Below, piece after piece: positions 1 to 14,655 of a stretch of 64,000 bases of DNA. Each line of letters opens with the position of its first letter. Positions within the stretch are counted from its first letter, which is position 1. Position numbers and translations under genes: made by a program. The stretch is from Botryllus schlosseri (lineage: Eukaryota). The notes under the pieces are model-generated. The model saw nothing but the letters and a program-made list of their open reading frames with translations, had not been told where the DNA came from and ran no database searches. Location: NCBI GenBank assembly GCA_051294905.1, contig CM119372.1:34846001-34910000 (forward strand). The letters run 5' to 3'.

Positions 1-2329
1 ATTCAACAATCAGTGCAATTATTAAAATCTATCGTTTGCGATAAACAGCACTAAAGATGTAATAATTCCAGTATTCATACATTGAACATCCGATACAAAA
101 TGCTTTATTATCCCGATTCCCAACGGGTAATTGAAACGACTAAGTGTAGAATCAGTATATCACAATATCGTTACTATTGAATCCAACGATTTATTGTCGG
201 AATTTGTGACAGAGAATTGAAACACATGCACTTTACAGAGTGTGAAAATATCACTTTGAGTATCGAGTACCGTTCGAAGCTAGCGATCAATTCTTAATCA
301 TTTCAGTAACTCCCCATTGTGCGTGCTAAATGTAAAATATCGCGAGGTTATACACTCTAAGACTTTGAATATTGCAAAAGTAAATTGTGATATGTTTGTT
401 AGATGCATCCAATTCAACTAGAAGTGTCTAGTGCCCAACACTCGTAATATCGAAAAAGTACTTGCTACACTGTTATTTGCTAAACGTGTTTTGCATTGTT
501 GTTCATTTCTAGTATTGATTGAAATCATTCTCGAACCCTCAAATAATAATTCCCGACATGAAACCAAGCCGCTGAAAGTCGTTACCATCACGAAGAAACA
601 ATGTGTACGATGTTTATCAAATGTGTCCTACCTGGCCAACAGAAAACAATTTTCACTCACTCGAAATGAAACCAATGTGATGGTCTCCATTCGATATTTT
701 GTTTGTGTCAAATACTTTGCAATGAACACATTTGCGTGGTTGAGCTTTACATCATCAAGCTGTTATTTGTTAATCAAGATTTCGGTAAACTTGTAAATGT
801 ATCGTTTAACTAACCAACATTTAGCAAATGTTGAACATACCACTTCGAAATACTGCGTTGATCGTAATTTCCATCATCGTGATAATCGAAGTACATTTCT
901 TTCGAATTCGTAACAACCGGCGTTTCTACGACATGATAAATTTTTGACAAGTTATGCTTAGAAGATTGGTTGCATATCGCTACTCCATGGTTACTCCATT
1001 GATCGATATTTTCAAACGAGTAAAATTTATTACTTGAGTTTCTCCGCTTAATGTAAATGCAAACTCAGCCGTCTTTTAACATCACAAAGGCATTGATAAA
1101 AAGTAGACAATCAAACGCTACAAGTTTAACTTTTGTAGGTTGTGTATGCTTACCCCACGCAACTCATTTCTTACCAAAAGTAGATGAAATATATTCATGG
1201 TACACGAAAATACTCGACATTCCCATGCTACGAACCTGTACAATGATTGGTGACGCTTTCAAAACTGTTTCGATACCTCAAGGCCTTTATTGTCTGAATG
1301 GATGTTCATGTATCTTAATAATCAAATAGTTCAACACAGAACTAGTACGAACAGAAACACTAGAGTTGTTTACACAAAAGTTTGTATGTGTACACAGTAT
1401 GCGAATACCATGTGCAAGTCCAGCACAATTGTGGTATCCACCCGAGTTTAGTTAACACAATTTACGACACCGAGGTAGCGTCATCTTTCGTAAAACAACA
1501 AACCAACCAAGCCTTCAGGATATGTCCATGTCATAGCAATAAATCAGCTACTCCAACAACAGAGTACATATGTTTTTAGTTACGGTGCTTACATCTTACA
1601 CACAAATCAATCTACTTTGCTAACGAAAAGTGCTGAGTCATCACATGATTGCCCTCGCAACAAAACAGCTAGAAGATATTATCATTCAAAAATATTCCTA
1701 ACCCTTTGCCCACCAGTGACAAATCATACAACAAACATTTTTTGTGAGTCGAATTGTTGTTCAGTGTCAAGTCTACCTGTTGAAACGTACATTAAACAGT
1801 CACAATTAAATTAAAACCACGAATCTATTTTCATTTCGTCACAAACTGTCACATACAGAAAAATAAATTTTCTTTTCACAACACATACTTGTAACCAATC
1901 GCTTTCATTAAACACACAACTTCATAAAAGTATTTACTTTCTACAACATAGACATTCCGATGTAGTCAAGAAATATTTTTATTAATCAAAATCATCGATT
2001 TCTGTTCACGGCGTTAGTGTGTGCATGTCATGCCTGTGGGCCCCGTATTAAAATGGACACGACACGACTGAATCTATTTTGCATTGGTCGAGACCGAGCG
2101 AACCAGTTACATGTATTCGCGGTAATGATTTAGCTTGTCATATGCGAATGATAGGATTGCTACTCCGACAAATCAAATCAACATACAACAATCTTCTGAC
2201 GATCATAATAGCAATTTCATTTTCCGCCCCTTCATAATTGTATACACACGAAAAGTATATTGTAAAACTCGGTAACTACGTTTAACAAGACCAATCACAC
2301 TACCAGCGTTGAACACAAGATACCTACCC

Positions 2330-2880
2330 AAGTAAAAATATCATTCTGGTTTGGACAACTGACGTTTACCTGTGTAAAATTATCATTTTCACTTGGAGGT
2401 CCACCGTTACCTAACTAAAATACCATTGTCCTTTGGAGATTTATCGTTTAGCCAGTGTAACAATCCCCTTTTCACTTGGAAATATATTTTTGGCCTGGAT
2501 AACAAACCCCTTTTCACTTGGAAATCTATTTTTGCCCTGGATAACAAACCTTTTTCACTTGGAAATATACTTTTTCTCTGGGTAACAAACCTTTTTCACT
2601 TGGAAATATATTTTTTCTCTGGGTAACAAACCTTTTTCACTTGGAAATATATTTTTTTTCTCTGGGTAACAAACCTTTTTCACTTGGAAATATATTTTTT
2701 CCCTGAGCAACAAACCATTTTCACTGAGCAACAAACCATTTTCACTTGGCGGGTCGTCGTTTACCTGAGTAAAAATATCATTTTCCTTTGGAGATCCGAC
2801 GTTTACCCCAGTGTAACAATACATTTTCTCTTGGTCATCTAGCTTTTCCTAGAGTAACAAAACCATTTTCATTTTGAAAT
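2330..2880. repeat. ~41-bp tandem array (TTTTCACTTGGAAATATATTTTTTCTCTGGGTAACAAACC), left arm of copy 1
   Basis: Units are directly visible. Mirrored at ~5350-5860; homologous arrays at ~21850-22600, ~24895-25600 and ~39530-40200. Confidence 0.9.
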
Positions 2881-5349
2881 CTGACAAACACACCTGATAA
2901 TTTGGTATTTGTTGTATTGACGATAGTTTGAAATAGATTACAACGAACAGTGACGGAAATATACACGGACTACCGGTTTCAGAGTATACCTCCATCAGTC
3001 GTATCACATCATCGGTTAACCACATACAATATGCTCTTGTACACCGAAATGCATGTTTTGGAAATTGGACAATAGGCTTCGATAGTTCTGCGATGTCCGG
3101 GTTCGTGCTTTGGATTTTACAGAGTCAAAATGTCTGAATAAAACACCTCCTCGACGTTAGTTGGTATGTGGATAACGGTGTTCGGAAAACGGTTGGATTT
3201 ATGTCACCCATCGCGATAACAATTCCAGGTCGAGTTTTCCCCTGCATGTTTACTATATTGTGTCTTTATTGGTCAATGTATGTCTCGACATTCAGTTTGA
3301 AATCGGAAATCCTGATAAAGTATGTAACCGGATCCGGATATCAACTCTGAATCGATAAACCAATGAACAATATTCAAAGTAAACACCCCGTGTTTCCACG
3401 AATAAATACCATCCAGACATACGTCGCGCTTGTTTGCCCACACCAGTATACGCGTAAATGGAGGTGTGTGACATTGCATGCAATGTGTTGGTATCCAAAC
3501 ATCGGGGAGTAAGCCTTCGATCCACAGACATTATCATAGCCGGTAATTTTGATGCAGATCGAATGTCATCACACCCGATAACAATACCAATAAGCCACAT
3601 TGCAATGACTCTGAGTCAATCTGAAGCATGACATACAGACACACAAACATGGAATCGTAACATGGGTTATTCGCACGACGGTGAAAGTGAACTATACAGC
3701 ATATATCAATAGAGCGTTCACAGTCAAATATACGAACCGTGCACAATCATATACCCGGATTTTTGTTGGATATGTACGAAACCGATAAATCGATACATTT
3801 CTTTTCCTTCAACGTCAATAATACAATCGTCAATCCAATGCATCGCTCGAATGTAAGGTTCGTCTGGTGTAAAATCCATGTCAAATAACACCAAAGTGTG
3901 CCTTCCGTGTTTTATTATTTCCACCATCGCATCTTGTCAGTGTCGTAACACTATGGTGCAGGGACTTGAAAAACGGTACTTTGTAAAACGGATTGACATG
4001 ACCAACTGAAACCGACGTGAATAGCCTTGTGACGATGCCGTTTCAAAATGTTACCGATATGACGAGCGCAACCTCGATCTGTTGTGGCGACGACCGTTTC
4101 GAAATGTCACCGGACGAACTGGACAAAGCCTTACGATGATGTGTTTTATGATTGCGTGTGAAATCACGAGGTAGTGTTCTATTGTGGTGTACGATTGCAG
4201 TCTTCATTCCACAGAAACACACCTTATTGGATCACAGTATCAGTCCGAGATTTGCAGAATCACTGTTCACGATATTTATCTGGAGTCGTTATGTGGGAGT
4301 AGCGACATCCATGCATCGTGATTTAGTGAAAGACTGATCGCAATCATTTCGAATACCCCTCCATGCATCGTGATTTAGTAAAAGACTGATCACAATCATT
4401 TCGAGCACCGTACTTCGATAGTTCACCTAGATCAAACGCTGCAGGTTCAGCAGAAAACTTCGGTGTCGACAACACGGTGGATATTGACCGATGTATCCAA
4501 TTGGTCTGAGTGGTCTGTCCGGGGATAGGGTCATGACTATCTTGTAATGTTACAACGCAATAAAGCCATCGAATAAATCAGTGAACGGTGTCGAAATATC
4601 GATGTAATAGCGCGGACTCAGAGTCATTGCAATGTGGCTTATTGGTATTGATATCGGGTGTGATGACATTCGATCTGCATCAAAATTACCGGCTATGATA
4701 ATGTCTGTGGATCGAATGCTTACTCCCCGATGTTTGGATACCAACACATTGCATGCAATGTCACACACCTCCATTTACGCGTATACTGGTGTGGGCAAAC
4801 AAGCGCGACGTATGTCTGGATGGTATTTATTCGTGGAAACACGGGGTGTTTACTTTGAATATTGTTCATTGGTTTATCGATTCAGAGTTGATATCCGGAT
4901 CCGGTTACATACTTTATCAGGATTTCCGATTTCAAACTGAATGTCGAGACATACATTGACCAATAAAGACACAATATAGTAAACATGCGGGGGAAAACTC
5001 GACCTGGAATTGTTATCGCGATGGGTGACATAAATCCAACCGTTTTCCGAACACCGTTATCCACATACCAACTATCGTCGAGGAGGTGTTTTATTTAGAC
5101 ATTTTGACTCTGGAAAATCCAAAGCACGAACCCGGACATCGCAGAACTATCGAAGCCTATTGTCCAATTTCCAAAACATGCATTTCGGTGTACAAGAGCA
5201 TATTGTATGTGGTTAACCGATGATGTGATACGACTGATGGAGGTATACTCTGAAACCGGTAGTCCGTGTATATTTCCGTCACTGTTCGTTGTAATCTATT
5301 TCAAACTATCGTCAATACAACAAATACCAAATTATCAGGTGTGTTTGTC

Positions 5350-5860
5350 AGATTTCAAAATGAAAATGGTTTTGTTACTCTAGGAAAAGCTAGATGACCA
5401 AGAGAAAATGTATTGTTACACTGGGGTAAACGTCGGATCTCCAAAGGAAAATGATATTTTTACTCAGGTAAACGACGACCCGCCAAGTGAAAATGGTTTG
5501 TTGCTCAGTGAAAATGGTTTGTTGCTCAGGGAAAAAATATATTTCCAAGTGAAAAAGGTTTGTTACCCAGGGAAAAAATATATTTCCAAGTGAAAAAGGT
5601 TTGTTACCCAGAGAAAAAGTATATTTCCAAGTGAAAAAGGTTTGTTATCCAGGGCAAAAATAGATTTCCAAGTGAAAAGGGGTTTGTTATCCAGGCCAAA
5701 AATATATTTCCAAGTGAAAAGGGGATTGTTACACTGGGTAAACGATAAATCTCCTAAGGACAATGGTATTTTAGTTAGGTAACGGTGGACCTCCAAGTGA
5801 AAATGATAATTTTACACAGGTAAACGTCAGTTGTCCAAACCAGAATGATATTTTTACTTG
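5350..5860. repeat. ~41-bp tandem array, right arm of copy 1
   Basis: Reverse complement of 2330-2880, with one unit fewer. Confidence 0.9.
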
Positions 5861-8800
5861 GGTAGGTATCTTGTGTTCAACGCTGGTAGTGTGATTGGTC
5901 TTGTTAAACGTAGTTACCGAGTTGTACAATATACTTTTCGTGTGTATACAATTATGAAGGGGCGGAAAATGAAATTGCTATTATGATCGTCAGAAGATTG
6001 TTGTATGTTGATTTGATTTGTCGGAGTAGCAATCCTATCATTCGCATATGACAAGCAAAATCATTACCGCGAATAAATGTAACTGGTTCGCTCGGTCTCG
6101 ACCAATGCAAAATAGATGATTCGTTTTTTGAAACCGTAGCGAAGACCACATGTAAATCGATGTGATAGACTTCTACCCCCCTTACATTCAGTCGTGTCGT
6201 GTCCATTTTAATACGGGGCCCACAGGTATGACATGCACACACTAACGCCGTGAACAGAAATCGATGATTTTGATTAATAAAAATATTTCTTGACTACATC
6301 GGAATGTCTATGTTGTAGAAAGTAAATACTTTTATGAATTTGTGTGTTTAATGAAAGCGATTGGTTACAAGTATGTGTTGTGGAAAGAAAATTTATTTTT
6401 CTGTATGTGACAGTTTGTGACGAAATGAAAATAGATTCGTGGTTTTAATTGAATTGTGACTGTTTAATGTACGTTTCAACAGGTAGACTTGACACTGAAC
6501 AACAATTCGACTCACAAAAAATGTTTGTTGTATGATTTGTCACTGGTGGGCAAAGGGTTAGGAATATTTTTTGAATGATAATATCTTCTAGCTGTTTTGT
6601 TGCGAGGGCAATCATGTGATGACTCAGCACTTTTCGTTAGCAAAGTAGATTGATTTGTGTGTAAGATGTAAGCACCGTAACTAAAAACATATGTACTCTG
6701 TTGTTGGAGTAGCTGATTTATTGCTATGACATGGACATATCCTGAAGGCTTGGTTGGTTTGTTGTTTTACGAAAGATGACGCTACCTCGGTGTCGTAAAT
6801 TGTGTTAACTAAACTCGGGTGGATACCACAATTGTGCTGGACTTGCACATGGTATTCGCATACTGCGTACACATACAAACTTTTGTGTAAACAACTCTAG
6901 TGTTTCTGTTCGTACTAGTTCTGTGTTGAACTATTTGATTATTAAGATACATGAACATCCATTCAGACAATAAAGGCCTTGAGGTATCGAAACAGTTTTG
7001 AAAGCGTCACCAATCATTGTACAGGTTCGTAGCATGGGAATGTCGAGTATTTTCGTGTACCATGAATATATTTCATCTACTTTTGGTAAGAAATGAGTTG
7101 CGTGGGGTAAGCATACACAACCTACAAAAGTTAAACTTGTAGCGTTTGATTGTCTACTTTTTATCAATGCCTTTGTGATGTTAAAAGACGGCTGAGTTTG
7201 CATTTACATTAAGCGGAGAAACTCAAGTAATAAATTTTACTCGTTTGAAAATATCGATCAATGGAGTAACCATGGAGTAGCGATATGCAACCAATCTTCT
7301 AAGCATAACTTGTCAAAAATTTATCATGTCGTAGAAACGCCAGTTGTTACGAATTCGAAAGAAATGTACTTCGATTATCACGATGATGGAAATTACGATC
7401 AACGCAGTATTTCGAAGTGGTATGTTCAACAATCGCTAAATGTTGGTTAGTTAAACGATACATTTACAAGTTTACCGAAATCTTGATTTACAAATAACAG
7501 CTTGATGATGTAAAGCTCAACCACGCAAATGTGTTCATTGCAAAGTATTTGACACAAACAAAATATCGAATGGAGACCATCACATTGTTTTCATTTCGAG
7601 TGAGTGAAAATTGTTTTCTGTTGGCCAGGTAGGACACATTTGATAAACATCGTACATATTGTTTCTTCGTGATGGTAACGACTTTCAGCGGCTTGGTTTC
7701 ATGTCGGGAATTATTATTTGAGGGTTCGAGAATGATTTCAATCAATACTAGAAATGAACAACAATGCAAAACACGTTTAGCAAATAACAGTGTAGCAAGT
7801 ACTTTTTCGATATTACGAGTGTTGGGCACTAGACACTTCTAGTTGAATTGGATGCATCTAACAAACATATCACAATTTACTTTTGCAATATTCAAAGTCT
7901 TAGAGTGTATAACCTCGCGATATTTTACATTTAGCACGCACAATGGGGAGTTACTGAAATGATTAAGAATTGATCGCTAGCTTCGAACGGTACTCGATAC
8001 TCAAAGTGATATTTTCACACTCTGTAAAGTGCATGTGTTTCAATTCTCTGTCACAAATTCCGACAATAAATCGTTGGATTCAATAGTAACGATATTGTGA
8101 TATACTGATTCTACACTTAGTCGTTTCAATTACCCGTTGGGAATCGGGATAATAAAGCATTTTGTATCGGATGTTCAATGTATGAATACTGGAATTATTA
8201 CATCTTTAGTGCTGTTTATCGCAAACGATAGATTTTAATAATTGTACTGATTGTTGAATGTAATAATACCGATATTGTCGTTTCATCTTTAGTCTTGGTT
8301 ACTGGAAATATTTTCTGATATCCGCGATACGCAGAGTGATTTTTACCAAGGTGGAGTAATTTTCCTATCAAGAACATTTCAGACACACATAGTTTTACAG
8401 CTTAATATGTTAATAACATTGGTACTGAAAATTTTGTTGCTGTCATAACATTTACCACAACGCCGGGTCTAATTAACGCAAATAATTTAATAAAAAAGTA
8501 ATGATCAACTATTACTAATCTCATATGTCAAATCAATGTGTCAATCCTTATGTTCACAGCATGATAACTTTGAATATAACACCATCGTTCGATTGTAAGA
8601 AATGAATTGTCAACTACGTTGGTCGGACATTCAAATCTCGTATACTCAAACATATTATGTTAATCTCAAGTCGCCGTCACTGAGAAGTAATTACTTTTGT
8701 CTTACAAAATATACCGAGTAGTAATTACTTTGTCTTGTAGAATATACCGCATAGTAATTCCTCTATCTTACAGAATTGTAACGACTTTTCAAGCTGAATA

Positions 8801-10141
8801 AAAAAAAGATGTGTAGGGATATGAATACAACCAAGCTTGTTATGGATTTTAGGTTTTAGTGATTGTATGGATTCGTGTATGTTTGGCTGTTTTTCATACT
8901 GATACTGTTTGAGTTGGTTGGGTAAGTTACAAACGGATTTACTTGACAATATTTTCGTGGTTGACTCTTTGAATATGGTAAGATGGTGAGATGTCGAGAC
9001 GTAATACTATTTCCGTACACTCAATTACAACAAAACATAACCCGCATTCAAATAAGCCGTAAGCTACAAGCGGATTTAAAACTTGATGCTGTTTTGTGGT
9101 TGACTCAAGTCAGTAGTCATGTTTGTGTTGATTTCGGTAATGATCATGACGAGTTGGTCGGGTAAATTAGGTAATGTGGTAGTAACTATGACCTTACCGA
9201 GTTGCTGACATTCAAATATCTTTTACGGATTTAATTGTGATAAATTATTTCTCAGTTATTGTTCAGACATTCAAATCTCGTATACTCAAAATATAATATG
9301 TTCAAGTCAAATCGTATATGCACCGATTAGTAAATACTTTGTCTTCAGAATAGTAACGACCTTTACAATCGAATAAAAAAAAAGACCGATCATACGAGTA
9401 CAACCAGGATGAATTAATTCAAGTTTGCGAGTCGTAGTGATATAGCCAAGTAAGTGAAAACTAGATTTTAAACACTTGTTAATGTTGTGAATAATTCTTT
9501 TGAGTATGGTAAGATGTTAAAATGTCTCTTTGACAAACGGAAAGCTGGATCGGGAATAGAGTTGTAATGTTTCATTACTTGTTTCAAATCAATGTGTGTA
9601 TAATATCGAAACGGGACTGTGGGGAAGTTGCTAGTCATGTTTGTCAATCCTATTTCAATTCGCACTACGCCTAAGTCGAAATAATCGGTTTCGGATTACG
9701 ATTTTACAATTATTTCACACCTTTTTGAATAAGCGTCAACTTCACAGAGGATTAGGGTTGGGTCAGAAATAAGTGAAAATTTGTCGGTATTCGAATCACC
9801 GGCTACGCCGGCTCTGTGGTAAACTAATTACTAAAGTAACACCATGCGACTGATTCCTAGATTTAGCAAACTATTTCACACTGACTGGTCTAGTGTAATA
9901 ATCGATAGTAGCACACGACTGCACGGAAACAATTCAGCGCGCAGGTCATTCGAAATATAGGTCGCACGCACTGCTTAATCCTCTTGCAAGCCACGTTTCC
10001 GTTTGTGCGGTTATTGTTGGTGACTCGTACATATTCAACACCGCGCGAGAGATGCCTATACTCGAAAGTACGAATCACCGCCACGCCCATAAGAACACAT
10101 GGCGAATCACCACAGATCCCGTAAGAATACACGACAGACGA

Positions 10142-10560
10142 TTCACCGCCGCAGCCTATACCCAAAAGTACGAATCACGACCCCGAGTTTCCAATACGAG
10201 TCACCGCCACAGCCTATACCCAAAAGTACGAATCACGACCCCGAGTTTTCAATACGAGTCACCGCCACAACCTATACCCAAAAGTACGAATCACGACCAC
10301 GAGTTTTCAATACGAGTCACCGCCGCAGCCTATACCCAAAAGTACGAATCACGACCCCGAGTTTCCAATACGAGTCACCACCACAGCCTATACCCAAAAG
10401 TACGAATCACGACCCCGAGTTTTCAATACGAGTCACCGCCACAGCCTATACCCAAAAGTACGAATCACGACCACGAGTTTTCAATACGAGTCACCGCCGC
10501 AGCCTATACCCGAAAGTACGAATCACGACCGCGTCCATAAGAACCCATTACGACTCACCA
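10142..10560. repeat. 59-bp subterminal tandem repeat (~7 units) of palindromic element copy 1
   Basis: Unit TCACCGCCRCAGCCTATACCCAAAAGTACGAATCACGACCMCGAGTTTYCAATACGAG is repeated; it explains the repetitive ORFs at 10052-10578. Confidence 0.92.
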
Positions 10561-11567
10561 CCACAAGGGGGGTCTTAAAGTACGAGTCACCACCCCGGGT
10601 TTTCAATACGAGTCACCCCCCCGCCCATAAGAACCCCTGCCAGGTCGCGACCGATCTACTATACTACTTACGACGCCTAATGCATGGCTTCGTTTAATAT
10701 TCACCGAAGTTGACGTTGCCACGAAAAGCTTAAGAGTAGCTGAACTTAGCAACTGGTATCTATGTTGCTAATAACGTAAAATCCCAGTGTCAATAAAGAC
10801 ATCATATAGTGCGTGTGCGTGCAAACAGTAACGTTCCCTGGCTGCTTTATAAAACCATAAGTTATGTGGTTGGGGACTCGTGACAAGTTGGCAAAGAGAT
10901 ATTGTATTTGTGAGTTACTAATGTGTAATGAGTTGTTGTTCCACAAATGCTATTTTATTGTGGGGTGTGGCAGTTACGAACCTGTCGTAAACCATCAGGC
11001 AGGGGCATGCAGTTTGCGATGCAACAGCACAACCTACATTCCTAGCGAAATGAGTGAATATTCACAACCAAAGGGTGGTACATGAAAACACAACCGAACT
11101 AAGAATTATATCGTGGTTGTAAACCCTACCTGCCTATACGTCCATACCATCCTTAGTCCGTACATACAAGCATCATTGGGATAAAAATGTTGTATTTGGT
11201 TTATACCGTGGTGTATAAGGTATAGGTTCAGATATCGTACACCACAAGTATATTTTCACACCCTTATATCACCCGTGGTAGACGGGTGTGAATGTGAATA
11301 CACACCGTTTTCGCTAAGAGTGTACATCAAGATTACGACGACTATAATTGCAACGTATGATACTCTCGAGGGATGATGTGTGTGAGTAATGAGTATCTAT
11401 GAGAAGGCTACGGTGACATTGCTATCTCTAGTGCTAATACTTAGAAGAGACATGGTACCATATTTATGTGTGGTGTACCTTGGTAACGCCTTTAACGCCA
11501 GACGTTGGTAAATTTGGTTTTCGGCTTTGTGGTGTTAAATATTTTCCATGTGGGGTTGCGGAACTCG

Positions 11568-13022
11568 TCAACCTGAACGCTTGGTTGTCCAGATGTCCAC
11601 GCAAGGGTCACTCAATTTCTTTCCAGGCCAAGGTGATTGGGGCAGTTGGTTTTTGTCAGCGCCGGCAGTACGGTGGAGCAAAAACTTGACCGCACTTTCT
11701 CTTGACTTCTCGATCGGTGGTGAGGATTCTTGATGCGTGACCTTGGCCGCTGATATTTCCTCCTCGAACACAGAACTTTCAGAAGAGCTGTTACTACTTG
11801 AAGAGCTGCAACTTGAAGCGGTACTTGAAGTCGAGCTGCTGCTTGAATATCTATTCCTTCGGCGACTGTTTTCCTGGCTGCGTTTCTGAGTTTGCAATCT
11901 GCAAGCAGAACAGTTGCTACTGTACGACGCCGCCGAGTCTGATGACGAGCCTTCGCTTTCCCCGCCGCTCCGCTCCGCCATATACCGCTCCACTAAGTTG
12001 AGATTGTTTGGAGTTGGTTTCTTGTTAGAGTCAGAATGATAATCTTGTAGATAGTCGATATCATCATCCGTAATTTGGATATGAGGCACTGGTGCAGCCA
12101 CTGTTATATTCGCAGAGTCCCCAGTGCCCTTGTCATTTCCGTCGTGTGTTCCTTCAGTTTTATCGCCTTTTTGTGTGGTGTCTCGTGTCTTCGGCTCATT
12201 CTTTGGCGACATTGTTTTAGTTTCAGTGGCTGGTTCTTGTGGTATGGCGTTCTTCTTCGCATTCTCATTGTCGATTCCCCTTTGAGACTTTTGATCATTT
12301 GGATCCGCAGTAGATTCTGCTGGCGTTTTTGTATTATTAGGACCTGCGTCTGGCTTGTCCTCTTCGGCAATACGCCGTTCATTTATGGTGGGATTGGAAG
12401 CATCATTGATGTTTTCAAGATTATTATCAAGCGTTTTTCTATCCTCTTTTTTGATCGAGTTCCACGCATCCGCAGATTTATCAGAAGCAGATCGTTTATC
12501 CGCATCGAGATGGTGTACATCGTCGCTGTCATTTTTAATGTTTTGGTTTCGATCGACTACGTTTGCGCTAGAGACACTATTCGTCATTGAATCCAGCAAT
12601 TCTTGAGTGGAACTTCGGGGAGGTGATGAATTCCCGGGTGTCTGTCGGACTTTGTAACTTTGTGCTATTGAGTCTAGCAGTTTGTTAGAAGAGCTCACAC
12701 CGTCAACACGGGCAGATGTATTTTTTATTTGTTCACATTCTTCTGGTGATGTCACTTTTGAAATTGTTTCATCAGTCAATTCAAGACTTAATTCAGATTC
12801 CTCTACTTTTTCAATGCTCTCGATGCGGTCGTTATTGGAAGGTACCTGCTCTACTTTCTCTGTTTTACATTCTCCCGTTTCGCTTACCATGACATCAGCT
12901 TGCTACACCTCATTTGAGACACGTAGGACCTCCTGTTGGTTGGAATCTGACTGAACAATGGGAGCATCCAGGGAAGCAATGCTTGAATAGTTGCCAACGT
13001 CGACATTGTCAGATGTGGGAAT
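11568..13022 (-). pseudogene. 3' part of a large host exon encoding a low-complexity S/E/K/D-rich (probably disordered) protein; interrupted by the P-like element
   Basis: 440-aa ORF with a poly-Ser tract. The frame continues upstream through one TAG to the TSD at 13022 and rejoins 32100-32330. No recognisable domain. Confidence 0.6.
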
Positions 13023-13142
13023 CAGGGATATCTAGACTAGGGATTGATAACTCTTTTTTGCCCATTACGTGATGAGGGCAAAATTACAATTATCTGTGAG
13101 GACTGCTGTCTGCACCTACGGACCCTTGTTGCCCACTATTAA

Positions 13143-14423
13143 CAGGGCCGTAACAGCACTTCGTCAGGCCCCCCCAAACCTTTGGTCTTGGGCCCCCCAT
13201 AGGGTCATAGACCGAACTTCTGGGGGGCTTCGCCCCCCAGACCCCCCTCCGGCGATACACTTTTATCTTCATCATTTTCATTGGGGATTTGTTTAGTGAA
13301 ACAGCTTTTGTCACCGAAGCGCGCGAAGCGCGGAAAATTTCTAGAATTCAGAATTTCATCGGTCAGTATGATCGGGAATTGCATATATTGTTATCAATTT
13401 TTATCTTCTCTCAGCTCACGTAATCAGATTTGCCGGTAGAGCTGAGTGAGGTGTGTTTGAAAAGGTAGGACCACTCAATAATAATTAAACATCTTCGGGC
13501 GTATACCCGTTGGCAGGAACGAAACAGCATCTCGTCAGGCCCCAAAAACGTGGGTCTCGGGCTCCCATAGGGTGATGAAACGAACCCCCATCACGTTGTC
13601 CGCGTTTGTCATGAAATTAGCCGTACTGTATTGTGAGCCAGCGCGAAGCGCGAAAATTTTCGATAATTTATGATTAAATCGGTCAATCAGATCGGCGATT
13701 GCATATATATTATGCTATCAATTTATTGTCCTCTCTACTCACGTAATTAGATTTACCGGTAGAGCTGAGTGAAGTGTCTTGAAAACGGGAGGGCCCGTAA
13801 ATAATGATTAAACATCTTCGGGCGGGCGGACCCGTTGATATGACTTCGTTACATGATGTCATTTCGTGACTTCCAGTCTGCTATATCAAAAAATATAGAA
13901 TCGTCCAAACGTAGGCTTCTAAACTAAGAGACGCACACGATTTCAAATTGGTATTTCATCACTGGCATAAAATTTTTCCCAGCGGGATGGTATTTGTCTT
14001 GTGAGGTTCAGATTGCAAAGACAGGAACATTTGGCGCCAGTCATTTAGGAGCCCATGGTCAATTAAACCTATACGTATTTTGTATATATAACGAAGTCTT
14101 CGGTCTGCATAAGGACATAGACCTTTTCGGCTAAGCTTTTCTCGCTGCCGATCGTTCTGGCACACTTCTTGGAGTCTCATGTTATATGGCCTAAACCTTG
14201 ATTGTATGTCTTGGTGGGTGGTGGCGCGGTAATGGCCCAATACCCAATAATATAGATAAAAGGCGACTTGAATTCGCGCGCAGCGCGAAAAAATTTTGAA
14301 AAGATTGCATAAATTTTCAAGAAATACTCTATGATTTATGCTAATTCACGAAATAATTTTGGGCCCCCTTCGAGCTCGGCCCCCCCCAATTGGAGGGTTT
14401 GGGGTGCGGCAGTTACGGTGCTG
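13143..14423. mobile_element. Non-autonomous DNA-transposon-like repeat; a diverged inverted relative lies at ~33610-34630
   Basis: Ends CAGGGCCGTAAC / GTTACGGTGCTG; internal duplicated GCGCGAAGCGCG blocks; long homology to 33610-34630 in reverse orientation. No clear TSD. Confidence 0.55.
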
Positions 14424-14655
14424 CTCCTTCAAGTTAGATAACAAATTGCTGATGACATCATTGTGGCCATGACGTCATAATGACCATGGCGTCATAGTGA
14501 CTATGACGTCACAAATACTTTTCTTTATTATAATATTCGTGAAATGGCATGCAATTATTTAATTATAAACACAAGATAAACCGTTACAGGACATGCAATA
14601 CCACCAATTTCGATTGTGTCAATTCTTGGAAGCCTTTGACGTAAGCTTACTAATT

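Larger units (their letters stand above)
1..10668. mobile_element. Giant palindromic Polinton/Maverick-derived element, copy 1 (left end lies outside the window)
   Basis: Bases 1-3617 are the reverse complement of 4615-8259 (mirrored ORF pairs sum to 8260/8232); the spacer is 3618-4614. The right end is ...CGATCTACTATACTACT (10668), i.e. 5'-AGTAGTATAGTAGATCG on the - strand, preceded by 59-bp tandem repeats. Homologous in order to copies 2 and 3. Confidence 0.85.

Noticed and set aside
431..7829. Many short ORFs repeated across the arms (e.g. MPNTRNI..., MWLIGIV...)
   Set aside because: They recur only because the DNA is duplicated; they are truncated or frameshifted between copies and have no recognisable domains.
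10142..10560. CRISPR-like array (also considered for the 41-bp and 150-bp arrays)
   Set aside because: Tandem units have no unique spacers, there are no cas genes, and the context is eukaryotic.
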